This document shows positions 44,940 to 53,148 of a DNA stretch of 64,000 bases, one piece after another (position 1 is the first letter of the stretch; each line of letters begins with the position of its first letter). Both the position numbers and the translations under genes were made by a program. This stretch comes from an uncultured archaeon (GTDB taxonomy: Archaea; Aenigmatarchaeota; Aenigmatarchaeia; CG10238-14). The notes beneath the pieces are model-generated. The model saw only the letters and a list, made by a program, of their open reading frames with translations. It was not told the DNA's origin and did not search any database. The stretch is from positions 7,940 to 71,939 of the forward strand of contig CAYFYJ010000009.1 in assembly GCA_964347415.1 (NCBI GenBank). Reading direction: 5' to 3'.

Positions 44940-45009
44940 AAAATAGTTTTGTCTTTGTCAAATAAATTATTTAGTTCTTTAACGCAAATTAGAATTAGGG
45001 GGTGTTTGA

Positions 45010-45447
45010 TTGGCTAAAGCTTGGAAGATAATTGCAGCAGCTATAGTTTATGTGATAATATCGCAAGTGGTTCGTACTGTAGAATCTATGATGACTATGG
45101 ACTATTACATAGATGAGACATATTTTTCAGTGTGGAGTAAAATAATGATGCCGGGACCTGGAGCGCCACCTACTGAGTTTTACATAATCTCTATAATTTT
45201 TGCTTTTATTGGGGGCTTAATCTTTGCAGGTGCCTACACTATTATCACCAAAGGTATTCCAGGTAAGACTGTCGTTAAGAAGGGTATCAACTACGGATTA
45301 CTGATATGGCTCGTTGCAGGCATTCCATTTGGTTTAGGTTTGATTTTACTGATAAACTTACCTTACGACTTGATAGCAATATGGACAGTGACATCATTGA
45401 TAGTATATTTGCTAGCCGGAGCTGCTACTGCTAAAATTGTCAAGTAA
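45010..45447 (+). CDS. Integral membrane protein (4 TM)
   Basis: 145-aa hydrophobic ORF with a TTG start. Confidence 0.5.
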   Translation: MAKAWKIIAAAIVYVIISQVVRTVESMMTMDYYIDETYFSVWSKIMMPGPGAPPTEFYIISIIFAFIGGLIFAGAYTIITKGIPGKTVVKKGINYGLLIWLVAGIPFGLGLILLINLPYDLIAIWTVTSLIVYLLAGAATAKIVK

Positions 45448-45640
45448 TTTTTTTCTTTTTTTCTTCAGGCCTAATACTCTGTAACAGAAGTGGAAGTCCA
45501 CATAGTGTTATTACTAACCCAAAACCGATTCCTCTTGGTCTCGGCCCGATAAAACTTCCTGTTATCGATGGGTATCCTCCCTCCAAAAATATTCCTAAGA
45601 AGATTAAAATCATGCCCAGAGTAAAATATCTCATCTTCAT
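45440..45640 (-). CDS. Small membrane protein (66 aa; 3' part of track ORF 45440-45931)
   Basis: MKMRYFTLGMILIFLGIF..LCGLPLLLQSIRPEEKKKK has two TM helices. The start lies 6 nt after the SpoIIM-like stop. The longer track ORF overlaps the SpoIIM-like gene out of frame. Confidence 0.4.
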   Translation of the reverse strand: MKMRYFTLGMILIFLGIFLEGGYPSITGSFIGPRPRGIGFGLVITLCGLPLLLQSIRPEEKKKKIT

Positions 45641-45645
45641 ATTAT

Positions 45646-46428
45646 CTAAATCATGATTATCGTTGTTTCTATTATTCCGCCAATTATTAAGAAAATGAAA
45701 GCAATGGCCAATAATTTCATAGAATCTTGAATTATATCCCAAAATTTCACAGATTTTCTTCTTGTCACTGCAGCAGATACGAGCCCACCAGCTATAGCCC
45801 CTATAAAATATGCGCCTATTTCGAATGTTCCATGAGGTATGAACATGAGAACTGCGGATGGTAGAGCTATGAGTCCACCTGAAGATTTGGCTATTAGACC
45901 TATCGCAGACGAGAGGACAGAAGCATTCCAAGCCAGTATGAAAATGGCTCCGGAACCGAACAGGAAAGAGAATAAGAATGAGAGTGTTAAAACACTGGAG
46001 TTGTTGGCGAATATTTCTACGAACTTGTTACCAAAATCAAACCTTCCTCTTATCAAGTTGACTTCATTTATCTGATCGGAAAAAACTTTTTCAACGACCG
46101 TATCAGGTAGAATAACAAAACTCAAAGACATCGCAATAATCATTCCTGAGAATAAGGCGACATAAGCAAAAATTATATCCCCGTAACGTTGAAAAAAAGT
46201 ATGGGTGTCCATCATCTTTTCGTCTTCATGTGCCTCATACCTTAACAAACGGTTTATGAATGGTAATGATGACAGAGTTATTATTATGACCGTAAACAAA
46301 CCAGTAGACTGTGGGAAGATGCTATAAGCAACGAACAGAGATATTAAAGAAATAACGATACCGAGACCAAAAGCTTTGAGCGGGTCTTTCAATATTTCTT
46401 TAGTTCCTGCTATCCTGTCTAAAACCAT
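45646..46428 (-). CDS. SpoIIM-family (DUF95) membrane protein
   Basis: 260 aa, 6 TM, FIPHGTFEIGAYFIGAIAGG motif. Confidence 0.7.
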   Translation of the reverse strand: MVLDRIAGTKEILKDPLKAFGLGIVISLISLFVAYSIFPQSTGLFTVIIITLSSLPFINRLLRYEAHEDEKMMDTHTFFQRYGDIIFAYVALFSGMIIAMSLSFVILPDTVVEKVFSDQINEVNLIRGRFDFGNKFVEIFANNSSVLTLSFLFSFLFGSGAIFILAWNASVLSSAIGLIAKSSGGLIALPSAVLMFIPHGTFEIGAYFIGAIAGGLVSAAVTRRKSVKFWDIIQDSMKLLAIAFIFLIIGGIIETTIIMI

Positions 46429-46456
46429 CCTATCTAAATAAATTAGGGAAAAAGAG

Positions 46457-46465
46457 TATAAATTA
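46457..46465 (+). promoter_or_regulatory. TATA-box-like element for the tRNA-Ser/tRNA-Gly unit
   Basis: TATAAATTA is centred ~29 nt upstream of the tRNA-Ser 5' end. AT-rich background lowers specificity. Confidence 0.4.
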
Positions 46466-46489
46466 CTTAACTAGATTATTTATTTAAGT

Positions 46490-46631
46490 GCCGGGATGGC
46501 AGAATCTGGTTAATGCGCTCGGCTCGAGCGCTCGATGATGAACCCTGAGGTATCTGATAAGTGATGATACAATGGAGATCAGAGAAACCGAGTGCCCTTT
46601 GGGCTTGTGAGTTCAAATCTCACTCCCGGCG
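46490..46631 (+). tRNA. tRNA-Ser (anticodon CGA) with a 58-nt intron at the canonical 37/38 site
   Basis: Hand-folded. Acceptor GCCGGGA/TCCCGGC, G73, 3-bp D stem GCA/TGC, anticodon stem CTCGG/CCGAG, loop CU-CGA-G[intron 46529-46586]A, long variable arm GCCC-TTT-GGGC, T arm GTGAG-TTCAAAT-CTCAC. The mature length is 84 nt. Confidence 0.85.
46529..46586 (+). ncRNA. Box C/D sRNA-like element embedded in the tRNA-Ser intron
   Basis: C AUGAUGA (46535-41), 12 nt, D' CUGA (46554-57), UAA, C' GUGAUGA (46561-67), 12 nt, D-like CAGA (46580-83). Confidence 0.6.
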
Positions 46632-46645
46632 TCATTAATGGATGA

Positions 46646-46719
46646 GCGTCAATGGTCCAGCCTGGTTAAGACTCGAGCTTCCCAAGCTTGCAACGCGGGT
46701 TCGAATCCCGCTTGGCGCA
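46646..46719 (+). tRNA. tRNA-Gly (anticodon CCC)
   Basis: Hand-folded. Acceptor GCGTCAA/TTGGCGC (one G:U), anticodon stem CGAGC/GCTTG with loop UU-CCC-AA, T arm GCGGG-TTCGAAT-CCCGC, A73. Confidence 0.9.
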
Positions 46720-46770
46720 TTAAAAATCTTTATAAATCTATACTCTGATTATTTACGAGAGGTGTAGCGA

Positions 46771-47136
46771 ATGACTAAGCGCACCGGACCAACAAATCCG
46801 TTACTAAAAGCGTTAATAGAAGATTTGAAGAAAAAATCGATAGAAAAACAAAACAATTTTCTAAAAGACATAGCTGAAAAACTCAACAAACCTAGAAGAC
46901 AGAGGGTAGAAGTCAACATTGCTCACATCGAAAGATACGCAAAGAAGAACGAAACGATAATCGTTCCTGGAGTTGTCTTAGGCTACGGAGAGTTAACCAA
47001 GCCTTTAACAATCAGTGCATGGAAATTTTCTAAACCTGCAAAACAAAAAATAGAAAATATTAAAGGTAAAGCCATATCGATCGAAGAGTTGGTTAGTAAA
47101 AATCCAAGAGGAACTAAAATAAAAATATTGTGTTGA
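46771..47136 (+). CDS. rpl18e: Ribosomal protein eL18 (L18e)
   Basis: MTKRTGPTNPLLKALIEDLKKKS.. plus the conserved L18e-L13-S9-RpoN order. Confidence 0.9.
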   Translation: MTKRTGPTNPLLKALIEDLKKKSIEKQNNFLKDIAEKLNKPRRQRVEVNIAHIERYAKKNETIIVPGVVLGYGELTKPLTISAWKFSKPAKQKIENIKGKAISIEELVSKNPRGTKIKILC

Positions 47137-47561
47137 ACATGAAAATTTACGATGCGACAGGTCAAATAATGGGAAGGTTTGCGACAAGAATCGCAAAAGA
47201 ATTGCTTACAGGTGAGAACATAGGAATAGTTAATTGTGAAAAAGCTGTGATTTCTGGTAATCCTAAAACGACTGAAAAACATTACTTTGAAAGAAGGCAA
47301 AGAGGTGATCCAATCCATGGTCCTTTTTATCCAAGAACGCCCGATGGGATAGTGAGAAGAACTATAAGAGGTATGCTTCCATCCCATAAGCCAAAGGGTA
47401 GAGAAGCCTTCAGAAGATTAAAGGTTCATATCGGAATTCCTGAAGAATTCAAAAAAGAAAAATTCATAAAAATCAAAGAGTTTGATGTTAATAAACTTAA
47501 GTGTAAAAGTATTAGTGTTGGAGATTTATCAATAGCTTTAGGAGCCAAGAAAAGATGGTAA
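47130..47561 (+). CDS. rpl13: Ribosomal protein uL13
   Basis: IYDATGQIMGRFATRIAKELLTGENIGIVNCEKAVISG. The true start is possibly the ATG at 47139. Confidence 0.95.
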   Translation: MLNMKIYDATGQIMGRFATRIAKELLTGENIGIVNCEKAVISGNPKTTEKHYFERRQRGDPIHGPFYPRTPDGIVRRTIRGMLPSHKPKGREAFRRLKVHIGIPEEFKKEKFIKIKEFDVNKLKCKSISVGDLSIALGAKKRW

Positions 47562-47986
47562 ATAAAGAAACGCCAAAAAAGGATAGGGTTGTAATAACGA
47601 CAGGGAAGAGAAAAACTGCCGTAGCAAGAGCTAGAATAAAACCTGGTTTGGGTAAAGTTACGATTAATAATATCCCTTTGGATTTGTGGCAACCAGAATA
47701 TGCAAGAATTAAAATTAGAGAACCGTTACTACTTGCAAACGAACTTAGTCAGAAAGTGGACATCAAAATTAATGTCAGGAGTGGCGGGGTATCGTCACAG
47801 CCTGATGCTATCAGACAAGCAATAGCAAAGGGTATAGTAGAGTTTTTTAACGATGAAAAACTAAAAAAGATATACCTGAATCATGATAGAAATTTATTGG
47901 TTTATGATTCGAGAAGGACTGAACCACATAAACCTTCGAGGAGTAAGAAAGGAGCAAGAAGACATAAACAAAGGAGTAAGAGATAA
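47555..47986 (+). CDS. rps9: Ribosomal protein uS9
   Basis: GKRKTAVARARIKPGLGKVTIN.., C-terminal ..GARRHKQRSKR. Confidence 0.95.
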   Translation: MVNKETPKKDRVVITTGKRKTAVARARIKPGLGKVTINNIPLDLWQPEYARIKIREPLLLANELSQKVDIKINVRSGGVSSQPDAIRQAIAKGIVEFFNDEKLKKIYLNHDRNLLVYDSRRTEPHKPSRSKKGARRHKQRSKR

Positions 47987-48181
47987 ATGATAATCCCGGT
48001 AAGATGTTTTTCATGCGGTAAGGTCATAGGTCATTTGTATGAAGATTTTATGAGACGAGTCAAGACAGGGAAAGACCCGGCAAAGGTCTTGGATGATTTA
48101 GGCGTGGAAAGATACTGTTGTAGGGCTGTACTCTTAGGACATGTTGATTTGGTAAAGAAAATATCTCAGTTCAAAGTCTGA
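47987..48181 (+). CDS. rpoN: DNA-directed RNA polymerase subunit N (Rpo10)
   Basis: [33 protein letters not shown]. Confidence 0.95.
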   Translation: MIIPVRCFSCGKVIGHLYEDFMRRVKTGKDPAKVLDDLGVERYCCRAVLLGHVDLVKKISQFKV

Positions 48182-48368
48182 TGATAATAATCCATAACAG
48201 ATGGGAAGATGAAGAAATAAAAGCCATTTGAGGACTACTGAGGTTACTTATTTTGTAAATAAATTGATCAGAATTAATTAACTTTCGTCAAATTGAAATA
48301 CAATTAAGAAACGAAATGTAAGAAATTTAATAAAGAACTATATCCTTTGTCACATACCTATAATCATC

Positions 48369-48545
48369 ATGGGGTTTGAGATGGAAAATGGATTTTTAAG
48401 GAGGGGGAGATGTTATAGCTGCAGTGGTAAGTTATGTTTGAATTGTCAGATACATATTGATCGCGAGCCAGGTTACGCATGTAGAGATTGTGGATTATTA
48501 GTAAAAAAAATAGAATTACCTGAGGATAGTTTGGGAGTTGAGTGA
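48369..48545 (+). CDS. Small zinc-ribbon protein (58 aa)
   Basis: Below the track cutoff; my own translation is MGFEMENGFLRRGRCYSCSGKLCLNCQIHIDREPGYACRDCGLLVKKIELPEDSLGVE (CxxC..CxxC..CxxC). Confidence 0.4.
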   Translation: MGFEMENGFLRRGRCYSCSGKLCLNCQIHIDREPGYACRDCGLLVKKIELPEDSLGVE

Positions 48546-48603
48546 AAGTTCAAGGGTTCCAGATTAGTAAGAACTAAATATTTAGTAGAGATAATACGGT
48601 ATA

Positions 48604-48801
48604 ATGAAGAAAAAAGTTAAAGTTTGTCCCGTATGTGACAGTCGGGATATTAATTCAATGTACACTGCATCCAAGTGGCATCAATCATGGGCATTCTTTA
48701 GAAACAAATGTAACAATTGTGGTTATATTGGTCCTATGACTGTTATGGTAAAGGAGGATGCGGATAAATTAAAAGTTTTAAAACCCAGAAAATCAAAATA
48801 A
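48604..48801 (+). CDS. Small zinc-ribbon protein (65 aa)
   Basis: CPVCDS...CNNCG four-Cys ribbon. Confidence 0.5.
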   Translation: MKKKVKVCPVCDSRDINSMYTASKWHQSWAFFRNKCNNCGYIGPMTVMVKEDADKLKVLKPRKSK

Positions 48802-48802
48802 C

Positions 48803-49150
48803 TTATTTCTTGAATTTCTCAAAAACAGAAGGTAGATGGATTAAATAGGCTTTGCCCTTCTCGTGTATGATCAGAGGCCTACCGTTCATCAAAGCATTTA
48901 CGTTAATCGTATAAACTCCCTCTTTCAATGTTGTCACTGTTGCGATCTCAGGTATCTTAATCCTCTTCCTTATCTCTCTCTCGAGTGTAGTCTTCTTTTC
49001 CTTAAGCTTCTTATTCATCTCCTCGAATCTTTCCAAATCTTCAAAGGAACGAAAGTACATGAAGAAAACTGAACCACAATTACAGCCTTTCAGGATTGAT
49101 GGCTCATTATCCTCGTAAACAGCCCCACATCTCAAACATTTGTGCGCCAT
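48803..49150 (-). CDS. Zn-ribbon protein of the archaeal GTPase/DUF2073/Zn-ribbon module
   Basis: MAHKCLRCGAVYEDNEPSILKGCNCGSVFF N-terminus. It is the last gene of a three-gene same-strand unit. The family assignment is from memory of COG3364/DUF2072-type proteins. Confidence 0.55.
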   Translation of the reverse strand: MAHKCLRCGAVYEDNEPSILKGCNCGSVFFMYFRSFEDLERFEEMNKKLKEKKTTLEREIRKRIKIPEIATVTTLKEGVYTINVNALMNGRPLIIHEKGKAYLIHLPSVFEKFKK

Positions 49151-49193
49151 GTTCTCACGTTTGCATATATTTGGGTATAAGAATAAATATCAA

Positions 49194-49622
49194 TTACATC
49201 TCAGTTAAGACAGAGAATGAATCGGGGTTTTTCCTTATGTTTTTAATGACTTTAGCCGGCCCTATGAGTGTTATCCCAGTTTTGAGTTTTGTTTTTGGTT
49301 GTTCACCAGTTATTCCAGACCATATGGATTTTGAGAGTTTTTCTCTGCCGTTCGATAAACTCTCGAAGAATTGTCCCCACCCTTTAACCTGTTTCTTCAA
49401 ACTACAAACCTCTATCCCAGGAAAACCGTCGTCAACTCGTCGCATCGTCTCTCTTATCAGATTCATCTCTTCGTCCGCAGTTAACACACCATTAACGACC
49501 AGGATGGAACCATCTTTAACCTTATTAAGAATGAAATTTATTCTTTTCTCATCTGTTTTATTGTCAAGAGTAACAGAAGAAACAAAATCTATCTTCAGTT
49601 TCATCTTAGATTTTTTTTTCAT
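49194..49622 (-). CDS. DUF2073-like small protein
   Basis: 142 aa. Its start overlaps the GTPase stop (ATGA). LTADEEMNLIRETMRRV pattern. Family assignment is from memory. Confidence 0.55.
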   Translation of the reverse strand: MKKKSKMKLKIDFVSSVTLDNKTDEKRINFILNKVKDGSILVVNGVLTADEEMNLIRETMRRVDDGFPGIEVCSLKKQVKGWGQFFESLSNGREKLSKSIWSGITGEQPKTKLKTGITLIGPAKVIKNIRKNPDSFSVLTEM

Positions 49623-50284
49623 CCTGCCTTCCTCGAATGTTTAATTATCATTTCATACAGATTATTGATATTTTTCCCTTTCAGAGCCGATATCTCTACG
49701 AGTGGATATTGTGGGAATGCTTCCTTAATGTCTTGCGGCTTTGCTCGTTTCTTGTCAATTTTGTTCGCTACCAGTATAACTGGGATTCCTTTCGCTTCCA
49801 AGTTTCCGAGCAGAGTTATGTTAACTTGTGTTAAAGGATCTCTTGTTGCATCCATTACAGCCAGAACAGTGTCGACATGGTTAAGCCATTTTATCGCCTC
49901 TACAACGCCCTTAGTGGCTTCCTTTGCCCTTTGTTTGGCGGCCTTTTTCTTGATTTTATACTTCAGGAATTTTCTATAATCGACTTTGGTTGCTATCCCA
50001 GGCATGTCTAATATATTTATGTTGAGTTTCTTCCCGTTTGATTCGATCAATACTTTCTCTTTTTTTTGTACTAACCTTGTCTCATGCGGGATCCGGGATG
50101 CCTTTCCCATTTCTTCTCCTGCCCAATCCATACAGATTTTATTGGCCAGAGTAGTTTTTCCAACGTTCGTACAACCGTATATACCTAAACTGATGTCTTG
50201 TCTCAATCTGAAGAAGTTGCGTATCCAGTTGACAAATCTACCGAAAACCATTGTATTCACTTTTATAAAAAATAGATGTTTCAA
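49619..50284 (-). CDS. Small GTP-binding protein (TRAFAC-class GTPase)
   Basis: G1 GCTNVGKTT, G3 DMPG, G4 NKID. The true start is perhaps the internal MVFGRF. Confidence 0.85.
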   Translation of the reverse strand: MKHLFFIKVNTMVFGRFVNWIRNFFRLRQDISLGIYGCTNVGKTTLANKICMDWAGEEMGKASRIPHETRLVQKKEKVLIESNGKKLNINILDMPGIATKVDYRKFLKYKIKKKAAKQRAKEATKGVVEAIKWLNHVDTVLAVMDATRDPLTQVNITLLGNLEAKGIPVILVANKIDKKRAKPQDIKEAFPQYPLVEISALKGKNINNLYEMIIKHSRKAG

Positions 50285-50318
50285 ATATTTAAGAGTTAGA
50301 AGGTCTCAAAGGATGTAG

Positions 50319-50759
50319 TTATTGTAAGGTTGCTGTGTCCGAGTGGGTGAGATTCAAAAACAAATCAACATAGTTTATTTTTACACTGCATGGGAATTGT
50401 ATACAACCATGTAAAACAGTTATTTCTTTATACTGAGTGTAAATTACATCGTTTATAGAAATCCTACTTTCTCCATTCTTTACTACTAAAGACGTATCAT
50501 CGTGCTGAACGTAAGCGAAATAATCAAAACAGGGTTCACATTTACCCGTAGAGACGGTGGTAACTAGTACAATTGGAGTCGTGGTTGTTGTAGATGTCGT
50601 AGTTGTGAACAGTGTTGTTGTTTCTGGAGGGGTTGTTGTGGTTAAGCATAAAGATGGTTCTGAAACAATGGTTCCATCAGAACAAACGTATTCCTTTTGA
50701 TCCACACAACCAGAAATCAGGAGGATTACCAATAATACCAATAAAACTATCATTTTCAT
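50319..50759 (-). CDS. Putative lipoprotein with poly-Thr linker
   Basis: Signal plus lipobox-like LLISGC, TTTTPPETTTLFTTTTSTTTTTP linker, Cys-containing beta-rich C-domain. Confidence 0.6.
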   Translation of the reverse strand: MKMIVLLVLLVILLISGCVDQKEYVCSDGTIVSEPSLCLTTTTPPETTTLFTTTTSTTTTTPIVLVTTVSTGKCEPCFDYFAYVQHDDTSLVVKNGESRISINDVIYTQYKEITVLHGCIQFPCSVKINYVDLFLNLTHSDTATLQ

Positions 50760-50879
50760 ATTTCAGATATATTTTTTGTTCTTAAATAATTTTATAGATT
50801 ACTCAGATTCGGTTAAACGAAAGGTTTAAAAACTTTTAAACTTGTATTTCTATAATTTTAATCTATACGATTTCATGGT

Positions 50880-51167
50880 ATGTTAGTTCCTGAGGTTATG
50901 CTCGTGCTTTGGCCCAAAGATAAGCTCACTAGGTTTGAAGTCGCAAGAATTATCGGTGCGAGAGCTCTGCAAATTGCTCTAGGGGCCCCGATCTTGGTTA
51001 AAAAGAAGGAAGATAGATTCGACTCGACTGAACTAGCGGTGCGAGAGTTTAAGGCATGTAAAATACCGATGACTATTAGAAGGGTTTTACCGAATGGAGA
51101 AGTTGTTATCGTTGATATAAAACCAGCGATAAAAAACTGGTTGGATGATCATCACGGGAAAATTTAA
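50880..51167 (+). CDS. rpoK: DNA-directed RNA polymerase subunit K (Rpo6)
   Basis: LTRFEVARIIGARALQIALGAPILV core. The exact start is uncertain. Confidence 0.85.
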   Translation: MLVPEVMLVLWPKDKLTRFEVARIIGARALQIALGAPILVKKKEDRFDSTELAVREFKACKIPMTIRRVLPNGEVVIVDIKPAIKNWLDDHHGKI

Positions 51168-51175
51168 AGAAATAA

Positions 51176-52264
51176 TCATCTTGTTACATCTGCTGACTTG
51201 ACTAATTTAAATAGTTTATTCGCTTTTTTATTCTTCTCAAAATGCTTTCTAATTGGTTTTATTAATTTATCCACTGCTTCAGCTACCCCATTCTTCAGGT
51301 CCAAAGGATGAATTTTTCCTTGTCTGTAAAGTTTCTCCAATTCTTCATAACTTTCTATTTCAAGGTTTCCACCATAATTTGCAGGTCTGGCTATCTCAAG
51401 GATTTTTAACTTCCTGAAAATCATATACTTCGCATACTCTAGAACAGGATTATTGTCAACAACCTTGACAGGACAAAAAGCATTGTTTATCTTTCGTTTG
51501 ATTTCTTCCTTTGAATCATGAACGAGTATACATGTCTCTGGTTGACTCTTACTCATTTTCGAACTGATTTCTATGTCTATCTGTTTGTTAGTATCAAACC
51601 CATCTGGTTGTTTAACGCCTTGTAAACCCATTAGCATATGATGGCTGACTATGACGGGTTTCCACCAACCCAACTTAGGACCAACCTCTCTCGCGAGCAT
51701 GTTCGCTCTCCTCTGGTCTAGTCCCAACTGGCAGATATCGGCCTTTAAATGAAAGATATCAGCAGTCTGCATCATAGGATAGAAGAGTAAAGCAGTTTCT
51801 TTTAATTCAGTTTCTTTCCTGCCCATGATAGATAAACATCTTATCGTTCTGTTGACTGTAGTATTCTTTGCTATCAATACCACTTTTTTCCAATACTCTG
51901 GGTCGGATATAGCATCACTGGTCCAGAGGAATTCAACTTTTTTTGTCGGGATTCCAGCAGCTTTCCATACTTCTATGAAATATTTGCCGACTTGCTTGAT
52001 TTTCTCTAGATCTCCACCCATTTTGTTATTAAGCCAACCAAACCAATCTGCTATCCACAATTTAAAGTGTATCCCAGCCTTGAGTAAATCTTCTATATTT
52101 ATTGCCCTGTAGACACCAAAAGCTATGTGAGCCAATCCAGAAGGTTCAAAACCATCGTAAGCAATAGGATGAGTTTTGGTTTCTAACAACTCCCTCAGTT
52201 CTGGCACTGTGATTATCTCTTCCCCAACTCTGCCTATCAATTCAAGTTTTTTCTCCGTGTCCAT
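51176..52264 (-). CDS. tyrS: Tyrosyl-tRNA synthetase (archaeal/eukaryote-like)
   Basis: YDGFEPSGLAHIAFG (HIGH-like region), LWIADWFGWLNNK, KMSKS, and a C-terminal region collinear with archaeal TyrRS (..GNLEIESYEELEKLYRQGKIHPLDLKNGVAE..). Confidence 0.85.
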   Translation of the reverse strand: MDTEKKLELIGRVGEEIITVPELRELLETKTHPIAYDGFEPSGLAHIAFGVYRAINIEDLLKAGIHFKLWIADWFGWLNNKMGGDLEKIKQVGKYFIEVWKAAGIPTKKVEFLWTSDAISDPEYWKKVVLIAKNTTVNRTIRCLSIMGRKETELKETALLFYPMMQTADIFHLKADICQLGLDQRRANMLAREVGPKLGWWKPVIVSHHMLMGLQGVKQPDGFDTNKQIDIEISSKMSKSQPETCILVHDSKEEIKRKINNAFCPVKVVDNNPVLEYAKYMIFRKLKILEIARPANYGGNLEIESYEELEKLYRQGKIHPLDLKNGVAEAVDKLIKPIRKHFEKNKKANKLFKLVKSADVTR

Positions 52265-52361
52265 GTTATCTCACTATAATAGTAATTTTCGCATCCATGC
52301 ATTTTAAGATATCTCTTGATATAGTCAAATCTTATTATCATCTCTTAAAATCTTCGATTAA

Positions 52362-52772
52362 TTAGATTTGATCCAGGATGTACAATTCGTTTATCTTGCT
52401 TGAAGCGTATCTTTCGATTAAATCCTTGCTCAAGTAAAAGAGGGCCGCTGAAAGTAAGCCGCCTCTCAAAGGATCTACTTTTCCGAAAAATGTCAAGGCC
52501 AACGGCATAGTAAACCCTGGTAAAGCTGCAGGTAACCAGCGAAACGTGTAGATGTCTTTAAGTGCAGATTTAAGTGTACTGCTAAGGTCTTTCTCTTTTC
52601 TCACTACTAATTTCCTTTTAAATAACTCGAAATAATTTTTGTCAATGTCTTTCTCTAATTCTATCTTAAATTTCAAACCATACCATGTTTTAATTGTTTT
52701 TGTATCTGGGTTGTAATCATTTTCGATCGATTGAAGTTTTTCTTCAAATTCTTTCGGTGTAAAAATCTTCAC
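52362..52772 (-). CDS. Hypothetical protein (136 aa)
   Basis: GTG start overlapping the stop of the upstream wHTH ORF (GTGA). Hydrophobic C-terminal half. Confidence 0.5.
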   Translation of the reverse strand: MKIFTPKEFEEKLQSIENDYNPDTKTIKTWYGLKFKIELEKDIDKNYFELFKRKLVVRKEKDLSSTLKSALKDIYTFRWLPAALPGFTMPLALTFFGKVDPLRGGLLSAALFYLSKDLIERYASSKINELYILDQI

Positions 52773-53104
52773 CCATCTTCATCACCTTCGATTAATCCAA
52801 TAACAAACTTTCCAAAATCAGTCAACTTAACCATTTGAAAATGAGAGTTATTTCCAAACCTAATGAGATTCAAATTCTTCAGAATTTTAGCGTTCAACTT
52901 AAGTGTGGACAAAGGAATATCATGAGAAAAAGAAATCCTGTTCAATATCCTTGTGACAGTTTCATTCTTAATATTTTTTATCTGAGAAAGAATGAGAACT
53001 TGATTTTTGTTTAGAGCCCTGACTAAAAGAAGTCTTAAATCCTCTTTATGCTCTCGAGATCTTTCGCCCCGAGCTTTACATATTGGCTTTTCATCACACT
53101 CACT
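52769..53104 (-). CDS. Winged-helix-like small protein, frame open for 111 codons but with no canonical start (possible frameshift or pseudogene)
   Basis: My own translation: ..HKEDLRLLLVRALNKNQVLILSQIKNIKNETVTRILNRISFSHDIPLSTLKLNAKILKNLNLIRFGNNSHFQMVKLTDFGKFVIGLIEGDEDG. The first ATG/GTG/TTG in frame leaves only 58 aa. An ATG at 53115 is in the +1-offset frame. Confidence 0.4.
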   Translation of the reverse strand, partial: SECDEKPICKARGERSREHKEDLRLLLVRALNKNQVLILSQIKNIKNETVTRILNRISFSHDIPLSTLKLNAKILKNLNLIRFGNNSHFQMVKLTDFGKFVIGLIEGDEDG

Positions 53105-53148
53105 TTACAATTCATGACGAAAGTAGATATATAAAGTTTTTGGACAGG

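Noticed and set aside
45641-45931. 5' two-thirds of track ORF 45440-45931 (163 aa).
   Set aside because: It overlaps the SpoIIM-like gene out of frame and encodes a Cys/Arg/Trp-rich improbable sequence. Only the last 66 codons (45440-45640), which form two TM helices after the SpoIIM-like stop, were kept.
48179-48241. C/D-box-like motifs (UGAUGA at 48179, CAGA, AGAUGA, CUGA at 48238) after rpoN.
   Set aside because: The spacers are 13 and 25 nt rather than about 12. The first box overlaps the rpoN stop codon and its R position is C. It is probably chance in an A/G-rich sequence.
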